A stretch of DNA of 20,000 nt from Psammoneis japonica (taxonomy: Eukaryota), in contig QPGO01000298.1 in assembly GCA_008632985.1 (NCBI GenBank), forward strand, positions 48,434 to 68,433, written 5' to 3'. The translations under genes were made by a program, and so were the position numbers. The notes under the pieces are model-generated. The model was not told where the DNA came from and did no database searches. It saw only the letters and a program-made list of their open reading frames with translations. Positions 9,750-19,719 of this stretch are shown here, piece after piece. The first letter of the stretch is position 1. Each line of letters opens with the position of its first letter.

Positions 9750-10950
9750 GTGACCAAGTTTGTCTGGCTCCAACAAGTGCAAATGTTGGAATTCCTGGCC
9801 ATTGTTCCTTTTAATTTGATCAATTCAAATGTCATCGGACTGTCATCCACTCCATGGATGATCTGCATCTCCAAATGCCTCAGCATCGTCAGGGTCTGGG
9901 ATTGGGAAAATCACAACATTCACTCCATCCGGAGTGGCAGGATGGAGGCCGCCACACTGATGGGTGCACCTCCGTGGGATTGCACCTGCAAATCGCAAGT
10001 GCCCACCGCTGCTTTGTGCACACAGACCCACTTGTTGTCCGCCACACTGATGGCACGACAGTGTTCCATTGGACCACCTGGACATTGCATCTGTGCCAAG
10101 GACAAGTGTCTCATCTAAGGTCTTGCTCCTCCCTGCCCTGGAGCTGTCCTGTTGCCAGAGCTCGACGACAGAGCTGCGCTCCCTCGCGATTCTCTCCCAA
10201 CAAACAGTGGGCCGCCGCAGCCTGCATGATGTGACTGGCATTCTCTGGATCACATTCCATCAATGCCATGGCGGCCCGGCGATGAACCTCGAGCCTTGGT
10301 CCATCACCCGAATCAACATCAATGGCTTCAGCACGGGCATGTCTGCACACTCCCACTGAGGCTTCAATTGACAATTCCCGGTGTTGCGGCGTGTCCGCAC
10401 TAATTTGGAGTGCCCACTTGAGCGCTTCCCCTGGATTTCCTCCTGCCATGCAGCACGTGCAACACGTGTCACACCTTGACTCATTGATCCTTGGACAATT
10501 GTCCAGGAGCATTGGCGCGACTTTTTGCACAATGGACCATGCTTCCTTGGGTCGCTTTCCAACCTCACGCAACAAATTGGCACAGGTTGAGCTCATTTTA
10601 GTGTCCTCCGGCCATCGCTCGCAGTTCTGCGGCATGACGCTGTGCTGTGTTCTTGTGCAAGTCACATTTCTGGTTCGACTTCTTTCGCAAGTTTTCACCC
10701 TTGATGCAACGCGTCAAGGGTGGATTGACCAAATGAGCCTGTGGCGACAAACTTTCGTCTTCAGCACTCGCCTCTGGTTTGTGACAAGCAGTGCATGGAT
10801 GAGCACCGGGTGTCGTTGTACATTGTTTGAGTCTGGCGACGGACTGTTGAGAATCACACCAGACCCTCCATTCAGTGCCTTTCCTTGCTCACTCTCAAGT
10901 CCTGTGATTGTCACAAGCGTGGATGTGGCGATGACGTCTTCGTTCTCCAT
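9750..10950 (-). pseudogene. Decayed gene with an N-terminal VxIxGLxSxxGxxLNGxxGxI...R(Y)PV module followed by TPR-like helical repeats
   Basis: MENEDVIATSTLVTITGLESEQGKALNGGSGVIL...QRHPVLI, then in another frame STCANLLREVGKRPKEAW...ECDPENASHIMQAAAAHCLLGENREGAQLCRRALA. This looks TPR-like when C/H are read as former Y. Several frameshifts; the 3' end is approximate. Confidence 0.6.
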
Positions 10951-11101
10951 TGCTGTTCTAAAGAGGAGGAGGCACACAATCTCTCTGGTAGAAGCATCAT
11001 ACAAAAGCTGTGTGATTGGCCTCTGGTGATCAGCAGTGATCCACTCCCGGCTTGGGAGGTGGTGGCAGTGATCCGATTTTGAGAGATCTGTCATGACGAA
11101 A

Positions 11102-12556
11102 GTTGTGAAAACCGATTCTCAAGAATCCGGGTGCCGATTCTTAAGAATCTGATTTCCGTTGAACGCAAAATTCGAGCTCGATGTGCGTGCTCAACGGACG
11201 ATTCACAAGTTCCGCCGTCCTGTTTTCTTGGGGGGGTCATCCCCGCGTTTGTCCCAAAATTGCCGCTGCATTTGAATGAGGTTTTTTGTGGTGTTTATTT
11301 TTGAATGCAAGAATTGTTCACAGTCACACCTGATCGCGCACGAAAACGAGAACCATCACCACCGCGACCGAAGCACGACGATGATGACAATCATCGACAT
11401 TTCTCAAAAACGCAGTTTGCCGTCTACCAACTTTTCATGCATGTGCAATCTTTGACACATGACAAACATAAAATGAATGAGAGTTGGCAGACGGACCACC
11501 TCCGTCACAGACTTGTGGCTTGTTGTTTTCACCGCGGTGAAGCACGGTGAAATTCAGGAAAAATCATGCAAAATGCGAGCTGTTCGGCCGAATTCGAGCT
11601 AAAACAAGTGGCAACCGACCACCCTTAAGAATCGAAGTTCGATTCTTGAGAATGGCTGTCACTGATTCTTGTGAAAACTCCTGACACATCATTCATTCAC
11701 CAATTTAAAATTGTGGCGTCACGTGCATTTAACCCCAAAAGAATGGATGTGAATGTAAAGCGATTTTCGTAAAGACTTCAAAGCTGTGAACGACAATGGC
11801 GGCTTTGATGCAAGAAGCGACACCATTCAAGACATTGCGATGAACACTTCAACCTCATTTGACAGTGCTCAGTTTGTGACACTTGTGAGAGTCTTGCTGT
11901 GCTTTGAAAGCCGCTCTGGAGTCGAAAAAACCGTCGAAACACTCATGCGCCGATGTTGTTGTCATGCTCTCTCGACCGAAAAAGCAATGAAGAAGTCAAT
12001 TCTTCTCAGATTTTTCGATTCATTAACATGCAAGCTGTCAAGATGCAACACATGGTTGATTGTTGGGACTGTTGATTGACTTCTCGTTGACAATGATCGC
12101 CATTTTGACTTTGGATTCATGTGACAGATTTTTCACAAGAGTTCCCTTTTCACAAGATTCCAATTCGTGGCACGAGCTCCGATTCTCAAGAATCGATTTT
12201 CACAACAATGGCAATCTTTCGCGCTGTAGAGTCATTGCGTAGAAATCATGTGGGACAGTGCCAAGTCAAGTCTGTCTGTCTGTCCTTAGTGAATTTTAAC
12301 TTTGCGAAAAATGGATTTGACTGTTTTCTGATCAGGCGCATTTTTCTTCAACACATTTGCAAAAACACGCCTGACCCGACAACAGTCAAGTCCATTTTTG
12401 CACAAATTGTGTGAACATGACAGTTTCAGTGCAAAAATGTGTGGATTCTACAGGCGTCCTTAATTAATTTGTGGGTCACACGTCACGGGTCATTTTCAAA
12501 AGATTCCCATTGATTCGGTCTCCGATTCTTCAAGAATCGTCGATTCTCAAGAATCG
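11102..12556. repeat. Clustered palindromic motif (C)GATTCTTAAGAATC(G) and variants; possible termini or sub-termini of a non-autonomous DNA element
   Basis: Copies at 11114-11127, 11136-11149, 11624-11634 (partial), 11641-11653, 12181-12194, 12524-12538 (+1 nt) and 12542-12555. 11102-11127 and 12181-12206 form a 26-bp inverted repeat with 3 mismatches. Confidence 0.75.
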
Positions 12557-13123
12557 TCGTAACAGATCCAATGGATCCACAAGTCGTCGTGTGTCGTGCG
12601 TGTGTGTGTGTTGTTCGTGGGTGCATGTCCGTCCTTCGTCTCAGGCGAGGAAGGCCTGTGCACCCGCGTCGCACCCCGTCCCCTCAGGTGCTGTTGTCAA
12701 GGTTTTTTCCGCACTTTGGGTGCAATTGTGACACTCAACTATGGCCACAATTCTTGTTTCGCAATCATGACGAGAGAAGCTTGATTGTCACTTGCTTCAT
12801 TGTGCCAGTTTGTTCTTTGTTTTTCTTGTGTCTTTTTGGGAGACTCTCCTTGCAAGGAGTGGCACAGCTGGCGAGAGATGTGATCGAGAGACATTCACAC
12901 ATGGGGCAAAGCTGCAAGAAATGTTTTGGGAAATGTGCAGAGAAAGTGCTTCACCCGATGCAACCAAACAGTTCAAAGAGAATGCAAGAAACATGATGAT
13001 GCCATGCACCACTCTCGGGGAGCGCCACTCTCGGGGAGAGACGACTTTCTTGTGTGTGTGCTGCTGGGCAAAAGTTGCCACTGGCAGCACACACATTTGA
13101 ACCTCGCTGTTGTGCTGCTTGCA

Positions 13124-13139
13124 CTCTCTCTCTCTCTCT
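13124..13139. repeat. (CT)8 microsatellite
   Basis: ctctctctctctctct read directly. Confidence 0.85.
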
Positions 13140-14278
13140 GTCCTGCTTTGATGGTGTGCTGCAGGGGTGAACAAAAAGCAACAGTGTGCTCTGCCACAAG
13201 CCATTTGGACCTGCTCCTGCCTTCGTTGGGCATGCTGCTGTGCTGCTCCCATGCTGCTCCTCCTGCTGAGGACAATCTTCCTTTGCCCAGTGGCACTTCC
13301 AAATGGGGTTGCAGATGGAAACCCTGATCAAGTGTCCTGCTTTTGTGTGTGGTGGTGGCACGTCATCTCTCTGTCTTCTTCTTCTTGGAGTGCTCTTGCG
13401 CAGCTGTGATGATGGCATGCACACACACAAACACCAGACACACCAGCCACTCTGCTTTTCAGAGGCTCAGATGACAGCTCCACACTCTCTGCAGCAGAGC
13501 CACTCTCCATTGTGAGTCCATGCGTTGACCGACATGCGTGCTCGCCACGAACACCAGGTCACCTCACAGACTCTCAGAGAATTCAGACAGATGGTGTGTT
13601 CTTGTGCCCTCTGGCATGTGTTGTGTAGAAGTCTGTGCACAAACTTTTTTGTGCTTGTAAAAATGTGACACATCCACAAGAGCACCGGAACACATTGACT
13701 GCTGCATGTGACCCCAGCGCACAGTTTGTCTGCATTCTCCTCTGAGAGTCTGGTGTGAGGTGACCCGGGTGTGTGAAGTGCACTTGCATCAGTTTTTATG
13801 CTCAGACTCATGATGGAATGTACTGCAGAGCAGCAACAAGAGCAAGCAAGAGGTGTGAATCCTGACCATGTTGCAAAGGTCACCTGCAGGCAGCCACAGG
13901 CTGCTCTGCCAGTTTTTGGAGAAAATTTGCCAAAGAAGACACTGCTGCTGTGTTTCGACGATTTCGAACCCCCCCCCAACTCTGCATCATCAAAACCCTT
14001 TATGAGCCTGGTTTCCCATGCCCTCTAAGCCAAAGCCAATGAAAATAAGAAAACTGTTCAACATGGAGAATCAAAAAGGTGGCTTCTCCTGTGGAACCGT
14101 GTGCGATGCGGGCAATGCAAGACGAGCGCGACAGACGGACATACAGAAAAAATCGAAAAAGCCGCGACGACAACATCCAGAAGCCAGGAGCGATGGCCAT
14201 GAACCGGCAGCGGCGGCACTTTGTTGAACCCACACAACATCTTTCGACCTACTAGTACCCTCCACTTACTGTTCCATC

Positions 14279-16855
14279 ATGACTGATTCCAACAAGGACG
14301 ATTCATTGTCGTCGTATCAACGCCCGTCGCCGCTGTTGGAACGCTTGATGCAACCCCAGAAGAATCCGTCTCTGACTCTTTCGTCCAACCAACAATGGAT
14401 CGCCTTTGCCGACGAGCCACCACTGCCGTCCATTTCGGATCTAGCACAGCCAGAAGAAAAATTGGCGGGTCTTCGGTTTCATCCTGAGCTCTTGACACGG
14501 TCCCGTTTGGAATGGGCGACGGGTCTCACTCTGCAACACTTGGAAACGGGCCACCGCATAGACGTGCCAATGCCCGAAAATGCAGAGGGGATTCGGTATA
14601 TTCGATTCAATCCAAAGTATTATCAGACGACCGACGATAGTGACATTCAGCAAGAATTTGTTCTTGTTTGCAAAGTCAAGGACGAAAAATCGTCGACTCC
14701 GAGATTGGAATTGCATCGCGGTCAACTTACCGGACGCGATGCAGGTTCTTGGCGGTGGAGCATGACTTGTATGGATTCTCTATTGCCATTCAAATTAAAT
14801 TTGATTCAAGGATGCCCTTTTCAGTTTACCAGTGATGGGAATTATCTATTGGTGGACGTGGTTCCTCAAGACCACCCGTCAGAGCCACCGCCCACGCCTC
14901 TTTCGGTGGGTCCGGCCATTCAACAAGTACGAAAGGGTGCTCGCAAGGCACCCGGGCGCACCTATCAAGATTTGCTGCAGAATCAACACGATCAAGACAA
15001 ATTAAAGTATTACGTGACGACTGAAGTTGTGAAAGTGCCTTTGGAAAAGGACGCTGGTGATTCCGTGCAAGTTCTGCCGCAATCGGTGGGTGGTTGCCTG
15101 TTTCAGAGTTTCTCGTGCAGTCCAAACGGACGCTTTCTCTTGGTTCAGCGTGTCAATCCCGAGTTGTTGTCCTACTCGGTCCCGTACAGTCGATTCGGCA
15201 AGATTGTAGAGCTCTGGGATTTGCATTGTTCTCAAAGCATCACGGTGGCCTCCTTGCCCGTGGACGATGAAATCCCATTGAGTTACGATGCCTGTTCTCG
15301 TCATGTTCGGCGATTTCGGTTTCATCCCCTTGATGATTCGACCATTCTTTATGCACATGCCTTGGATGGCGGAGATCCGGCACGTGAGGTTGAGGAGGGA
15401 AACTTTCGGGATGCCTTGTACACGCGCAACTTGCAAGTAGACGACGACGACGACGACAGCACGATGGCGTTGGGTGATCCGATTCAACTGGTGGGTCTCG
15501 AGTGGCGTTATGACGATGTCGAATTTACCGAATCGGGTTTGATTGTTGTGGATGAATATCGTTGGAAGGATCGCATGGAGCGCAAATGGAAAGTCGCAAG
15601 TGATGGAAACAAGACTTTGGTGTGGGAACGATCGTGGGAGGATCGTTACACGTCCCCGGGGGCACCCGTCACTCGACTGGGTCCACGGGGCCAATCGTTC
15701 ATTGTGGAACCAGAACCTCGTGTCATTTTCCTCAAGGGAGCCGGAGCATCTCCTTTGGGTGATCGTCCCTTTTTGGATCGACGGCGTTTGGATACGGGTG
15801 CGTCCGAACGCCTTTGGCGATGCAAGGCTCCAAAAGAAGGAGACATTCCCGACCTTTCCTTGGAAGTGGGTGGTGTTGCACCAACGGACCGTGACGATGT
15901 GTTTGAATCGGTCGTCATTTTACTACCGGATAACGAACGTGTGCTCATGAGTCGTGAAAGCAAAACGACGCCAAGAAACTACTATCTCACGTCGCTCAAG
16001 GATCTCAGCGACCAAGTAACTGTAACTACCTTTCCGCATCCCCAAGTTGACTTGCTGGGTGTGACTAAAGAATTGGTCACGTATGAACGCAACGATGGTG
16101 TCACGCTGACAGCTAATCTGTATTTGCCCAAGGACTATGACGGCACACCACGACCAACGCTCTTTTGGGCGTATCCTCGAGAGTTCAAAAATTCAAAGGC
16201 TGCCGGACAAGTCAAGGGGAGCAAACACAGGTTTGTATCGGCCTCGTGGGCATCACCGGTTCATTGGGCAGCCAAGGGATGGGTCATTATGGATGACTTT
16301 GCGCTTCCAGTTATTGGAGAGGGTGACGCACAACCCAACGATAACTTTGTAGATCAAATTGTGTCGGGCGCCACAGCTGCCGTGGAGTATGTAACCAAGC
16401 GTGGTGTTTGCGATCCAGCGAAATGTGCAGTGGGTGGTCATTCTTATGGGAGCTTCATGACGTCCCATTTGCTGTCGCACACGAGTCTATTTGCGGCTGG
16501 CATTGGTCGCAGCGGTGCCTTCAATCGGACCTTGACTCCGATGTCCTTTCAATCCGAAGACCGCAGCATGTGGGAAGCACCCGACACATACATCAACATG
16601 TCGCCCTTGATGCACGTCGAAAAGTATTCCAAACAAGACCGTGTGGGAAAACTCTTGTTGATTCACGGGAAGAACGATGAGAACAGTGGAACGCATCCAA
16701 TGCAGTCTGAGAGATACTTCTCCGCCTTGAAGGCTTTTGGAATTGAATCGCGACTCTGCATGTTGCCGCACGAGCGACACTCCTATCGGGCCAAGGAATC
16801 TATTTTGCACATGGCGTGGGAACAAGAAACATGGCTGGCGAGTTTGGAAGAATAA
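14279..16855 (+). CDS. Prolyl oligopeptidase family S9 serine peptidase, glutamyl endopeptidase (cGEP/S9D)-like, 858 aa
   Basis: Intact intronless ORF; YQRPS start motif, EEKLAGLRF, RTYQDLL, YERNDGVTLTANLYLP, WAYPREF, nucleophile GGHSYG, LLIHGKNDENSGT (Asp) and LPHERHSY (His). Confidence 0.93.
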   Translation: MTDSNKDDSLSSYQRPSPLLERLMQPQKNPSLTLSSNQQWIAFADEPPLPSISDLAQPEEKLAGLRFHPELLTRSRLEWATGLTLQHLETGHRIDVPMPENAEGIRYIRFNPKYYQTTDDSDIQQEFVLVCKVKDEKSSTPRLELHRGQLTGRDAGSWRWSMTCMDSLLPFKLNLIQGCPFQFTSDGNYLLVDVVPQDHPSEPPPTPLSVGPAIQQVRKGARKAPGRTYQDLLQNQHDQDKLKYYVTTEVVKVPLEKDAGDSVQVLPQSVGGCLFQSFSCSPNGRFLLVQRVNPELLSYSVPYSRFGKIVELWDLHCSQSITVASLPVDDEIPLSYDACSRHVRRFRFHPLDDSTILYAHALDGGDPAREVEEGNFRDALYTRNLQVDDDDDDSTMALGDPIQLVGLEWRYDDVEFTESGLIVVDEYRWKDRMERKWKVASDGNKTLVWERSWEDRYTSPGAPVTRLGPRGQSFIVEPEPRVIFLKGAGASPLGDRPFLDRRRLDTGASERLWRCKAPKEGDIPDLSLEVGGVAPTDRDDVFESVVILLPDNERVLMSRESKTTPRNYYLTSLKDLSDQVTVTTFPHPQVDLLGVTKELVTYERNDGVTLTANLYLPKDYDGTPRPTLFWAYPREFKNSKAAGQVKGSKHRFVSASWASPVHWAAKGWVIMDDFALPVIGEGDAQPNDNFVDQIVSGATAAVEYVTKRGVCDPAKCAVGGHSYGSFMTSHLLSHTSLFAAGIGRSGAFNRTLTPMSFQSEDRSMWEAPDTYINMSPLMHVEKYSKQDRVGKLLLIHGKNDENSGTHPMQSERYFSALKAFGIESRLCMLPHERHSYRAKESILHMAWEQETWLASLEE

Positions 16856-17151
16856 ACGTCCTACTAGACTACACCACCTCTCTAGAGAGGATTCTGATAT
16901 CCAATATTACAGAGTGCATCTCTTAGATTTTCTTTGTGTTTATGATGGCAGGGTATAAGATGTTTTTACGAAGTATGTATGAAATTATAATAGCGTGTCC
17001 GTGTTCCATGTGACGGAGGATGCGCGAAAAAGCTGACGATGCCGCATAACAAATATTTTGACACGTGACAACAAAATCTGGGACACTTCACTATCATCAC
17101 ACAGATGACAAAGATGTAGCATGGCGGCTTTCGTAACGATGTAAATGAACA

Positions 17152-17853
17152 ATGCTTTGCTGGAGGATCGTTTTGATAGTTTGGGTAGCGTGGCTTATGC
17201 CCTGCTTGATTGTTCCGGTTGCTGCAATGACGCGGCGACAGGCTCTGCAAGAACTGGGCCTCGAAAATGGCTCTTTCACGCAGCAAGAGCTCAAGAAAGC
17301 CTACCGTGCACGAAGCCTCCAGACACATCCAGACAAGGGCGGCTCACACGAAGCCTTTATTCGAGTTGCCCAAGCTTATGAATTACTCTCTGGTTCTGGT
17401 ACTCACAAATTCCATAGCAACGAGCGTGATCACGATCGTAGAAGTCGAGGTCGTGAAAATCAAGAGCAACAAAGAGAACGACAAGAGGAGCAACAACGCC
17501 AACAGCAAGAGCATGATAATGAGGAAAAGACACGTCAACAGGAAATGTTCGAAGAAGCAGAAGACATGCTCTTTGACATGTTTGAAGACTTCTTTTCCGG
17601 AAACTATGCCGACGTTGTCCTGGACAAGATCTTTCCACAAAAAAACTTGACGCGAAACCAAGGGTTTGCCAAATACTGTCTTCGCTGGGCTGTTGATCGC
17701 CTTACAGACAAGGCTTTGTGTCTGTTGGAAGAAAGCGAATTGACCATTCACATTGACGGCCATACCTACTTTTCAGCATCTAGTTTTAGAGAGTGGCGAG
17801 ACCGCGTTCGTCAGAGGAGACAGAAAAAGCAACAGCATCATTCTGAATTCTAG
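17152..17853 (+). CDS. DnaJ (J-domain) protein with signal peptide and C-terminal HSEF (HDEL-like ER retrieval), 233 aa
   Basis: Hydrophobic N-terminus, ELKKAYRARSLQTHPDKGGSHEAFIRVAQAYELL J-domain with HPD, Q/E-rich linker, ends HHSEF*. Confidence 0.88.
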   Translation: MLCWRIVLIVWVAWLMPCLIVPVAAMTRRQALQELGLENGSFTQQELKKAYRARSLQTHPDKGGSHEAFIRVAQAYELLSGSGTHKFHSNERDHDRRSRGRENQEQQRERQEEQQRQQQEHDNEEKTRQQEMFEEAEDMLFDMFEDFFSGNYADVVLDKIFPQKNLTRNQGFAKYCLRWAVDRLTDKALCLLEESELTIHIDGHTYFSASSFREWRDRVRQRRQKKQQHHSEF

Positions 17854-18690
17854 AATAATGCTACAACATTGTCAGCAAACGACGAAGAGTGCATGCGCCC
17901 CGCCATGATGGCCCGCATTATCGTTTCTCCAATGTTTGTACAGTTGAAAAGCTAGCTTCAATGTAGCGTTTATCGAGAGAGTACCTGGCGAACTTCCATT
18001 TGTCGACTAGTTGTCTGGTTTGCGATGGACAGCCGGAAAGCCAGTAACAGGGTGAATGAGTTATAAGTAGCAAGGCCAAACTAGTCACCCATGTGTTTCG
18101 AAACGGGGAGTACTCACGCTTCAAAAACAAAGCGGTAGCCTAATCCTGTATTCAGGGATAACACGGATGCAGCATCTTCGTTGACCTTGGTGTGGAGTAA
18201 GGATTGTCCTAAGCATATGTTGGCAGACCAATTTCGAAAGGGAACTGTTGACTGAACAACGACAATCTCGCCGTATCGTACACTGGAAAAAATAGAGGTC
18301 AAACTTACTACGTGCAACCATTTGCTGTAAATAGTACTCCGAGTAGAACTCACTTCCTTGACTGGAGAATGCATTTAGACCAACAGGATTGACGAAACGA
18401 ACAAACGACACAACCACTCGAAGAATTGTTGTCGATTGACTATTGACTGACGAAGCCGACTAGGAATGGGGACAGAGGGATTTGCATGTGATGGATGGAT
18501 ACAGTCGAGCAAATAAAGTAGCAAACGGAAAGACGATTCAAAACAAAGTTTTCGTGCGAAATGGTAACTTGTGGCAGCTTGGCAAACAGTAAAATACATT
18601 CAGCACTAGTAACAATGAACATCTAGAGTAAATATGTTGTCATACAATCAAAGTTTACTGTTTTTGAAAAACGAAGCTACAGCAACTATT

Positions 18691-19602
18691 TCATATCCCT
18701 GGAACAAATCGATCAGGTCGCTTTCTTTTTCTTCCTGTGTTCCTGTAGCTAAACAGATCTGGCTTTTCACAAAGCAAGGAGTAAACAGTGCCCACTCTGG
18801 ACATGTCTGTACTACGCTCCCCCACTTTGGCCAAGACATATGCCCAGAGAGCTGGATGAACACTGTCCTGTTTCAAAAGTTGTCGCCCATGCGCTTCGAT
18901 CAACACCGAGACTACGGCTTGATGACCCTCATCGACAGCGGCGTCCAACGGTGTTTCTCCATCCACATCTTTGGCGTCCATGTCAGCTCCGCGTTCCAGC
19001 AGGAGTCTCGCCACGCTTTCGCTACCTGACGTGCCTGCTGCATAATGCAAAGGCGTAAGCCCATCCTTGTCTATCTCGTTGACTCGCGCCCCTCCATCCT
19101 CCAAGAGAACTCGCGCTGTGTTTTCCCTTCCGGCACTTGAAGCAAAATGAAGAGCTGTTTCACCCAATCTAGTTGACTTCAAATCTACGTCGGCACCATT
19201 TCGCAGCAGAAACAAGCACATATCATCATGACCATAATACGAAGCTGCGTGCAAGGGCGTGAAACCATTGCGGTCAGTTCTGTCATTGACCGCCGCGCCG
19301 TGCGACACGAGCATACGAGCAATGGATACACGCCCGTGAAGGCACGCCGAGTGCAAGAGTGTTACTCCACGTGACCGATCCATCACACGTGCTCCAGCAT
19401 CCAGCAAGAGCTGCACTTTTGCATCGCGATCGGTTATGACATTCAGAATAACCACCTGAAAAAGGATCTGGATTGGACCACCATCATTCATGCGGTTCAC
19501 AGGCATGTTCGGATTGGCGCCGCGCAAAAGTGCACGTCGAACTTCATCCGTGCTGCCGCTTTCACGCAAAAGGTTTGATTCTAGGATTTGATCCAAATTC
19601 AT
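18691..19602 (-). CDS. Ankyrin-repeat protein with C-terminal basic NLS-like RKRKRP, ~303 aa
   Basis: Repeats GVTLLHSAC, GFTPLHAAS, GETALHFAS, GLTPLHYAA and GETPLDAAV. First ATG at 19602 (MNLDQILES); the listed ORF start is GTG. Confidence 0.9.
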   Translation of the reverse strand: MNLDQILESNLLRESGSTDEVRRALLRGANPNMPVNRMNDGGPIQILFQVVILNVITDRDAKVQLLLDAGARVMDRSRGVTLLHSACLHGRVSIARMLVSHGAAVNDRTDRNGFTPLHAASYYGHDDMCLFLLRNGADVDLKSTRLGETALHFASSAGRENTARVLLEDGGARVNEIDKDGLTPLHYAAGTSGSESVARLLLERGADMDAKDVDGETPLDAAVDEGHQAVVSVLIEAHGRQLLKQDSVHPALWAYVLAKVGERSTDMSRVGTVYSLLCEKPDLFSYRNTGRKRKRPDRFVPGI

Positions 19603-19719
19603 GGCTAAACTGACACGTTGTGATGAGAAGTGAATGGAATGGAGCCGCCGCGTCGACCCAGTGCTGCTCTGTTGCTCGCTCACATCACGCACGGCTGACG
19701 CCTAGTAGAGAGCACTAGC

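Larger units (their letters stand above)
7700..14140. other. TpA-depleted hypermutated domain 2 (less complete conversion, CpG partly retained)
   Basis: Roughly 50 TpA in 6.4 kb by eye, mostly in TTA/TAA context; Tyr-poor, Cys/His-rich overlapping ORFs; contains decayed genes. Confidence 0.88.

Noticed and set aside
11102..12556. CRISPR array
   Set aside because: The repeats are only 14-16 bp, irregularly spaced (a few bp versus ~500 bp), with no cas genes and a eukaryotic context.
1..14140. Classical fungal RIP as the explanation
   Set aside because: RIP increases TpA and depletes CpA/TpG; the pattern here is the opposite, and the intact paralog is unmutated.
12571..14240. Cys/His/Gln-rich ORFs as zinc-finger proteins
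   Set aside because: The Cys/His excess follows from the CA/TG bias, and there is no regular finger spacing.
14441..16825. Antisense and alternate-frame ORFs within the peptidase gene
   Set aside because: Shadow ORFs of a long coding sequence with no independent motifs
17918..18622. Short minus-strand ORFs between the DnaJ and ankyrin genes
   Set aside because: No recognisable motifs or consistent exon structure; treated as intergenic/3' UTR sequence
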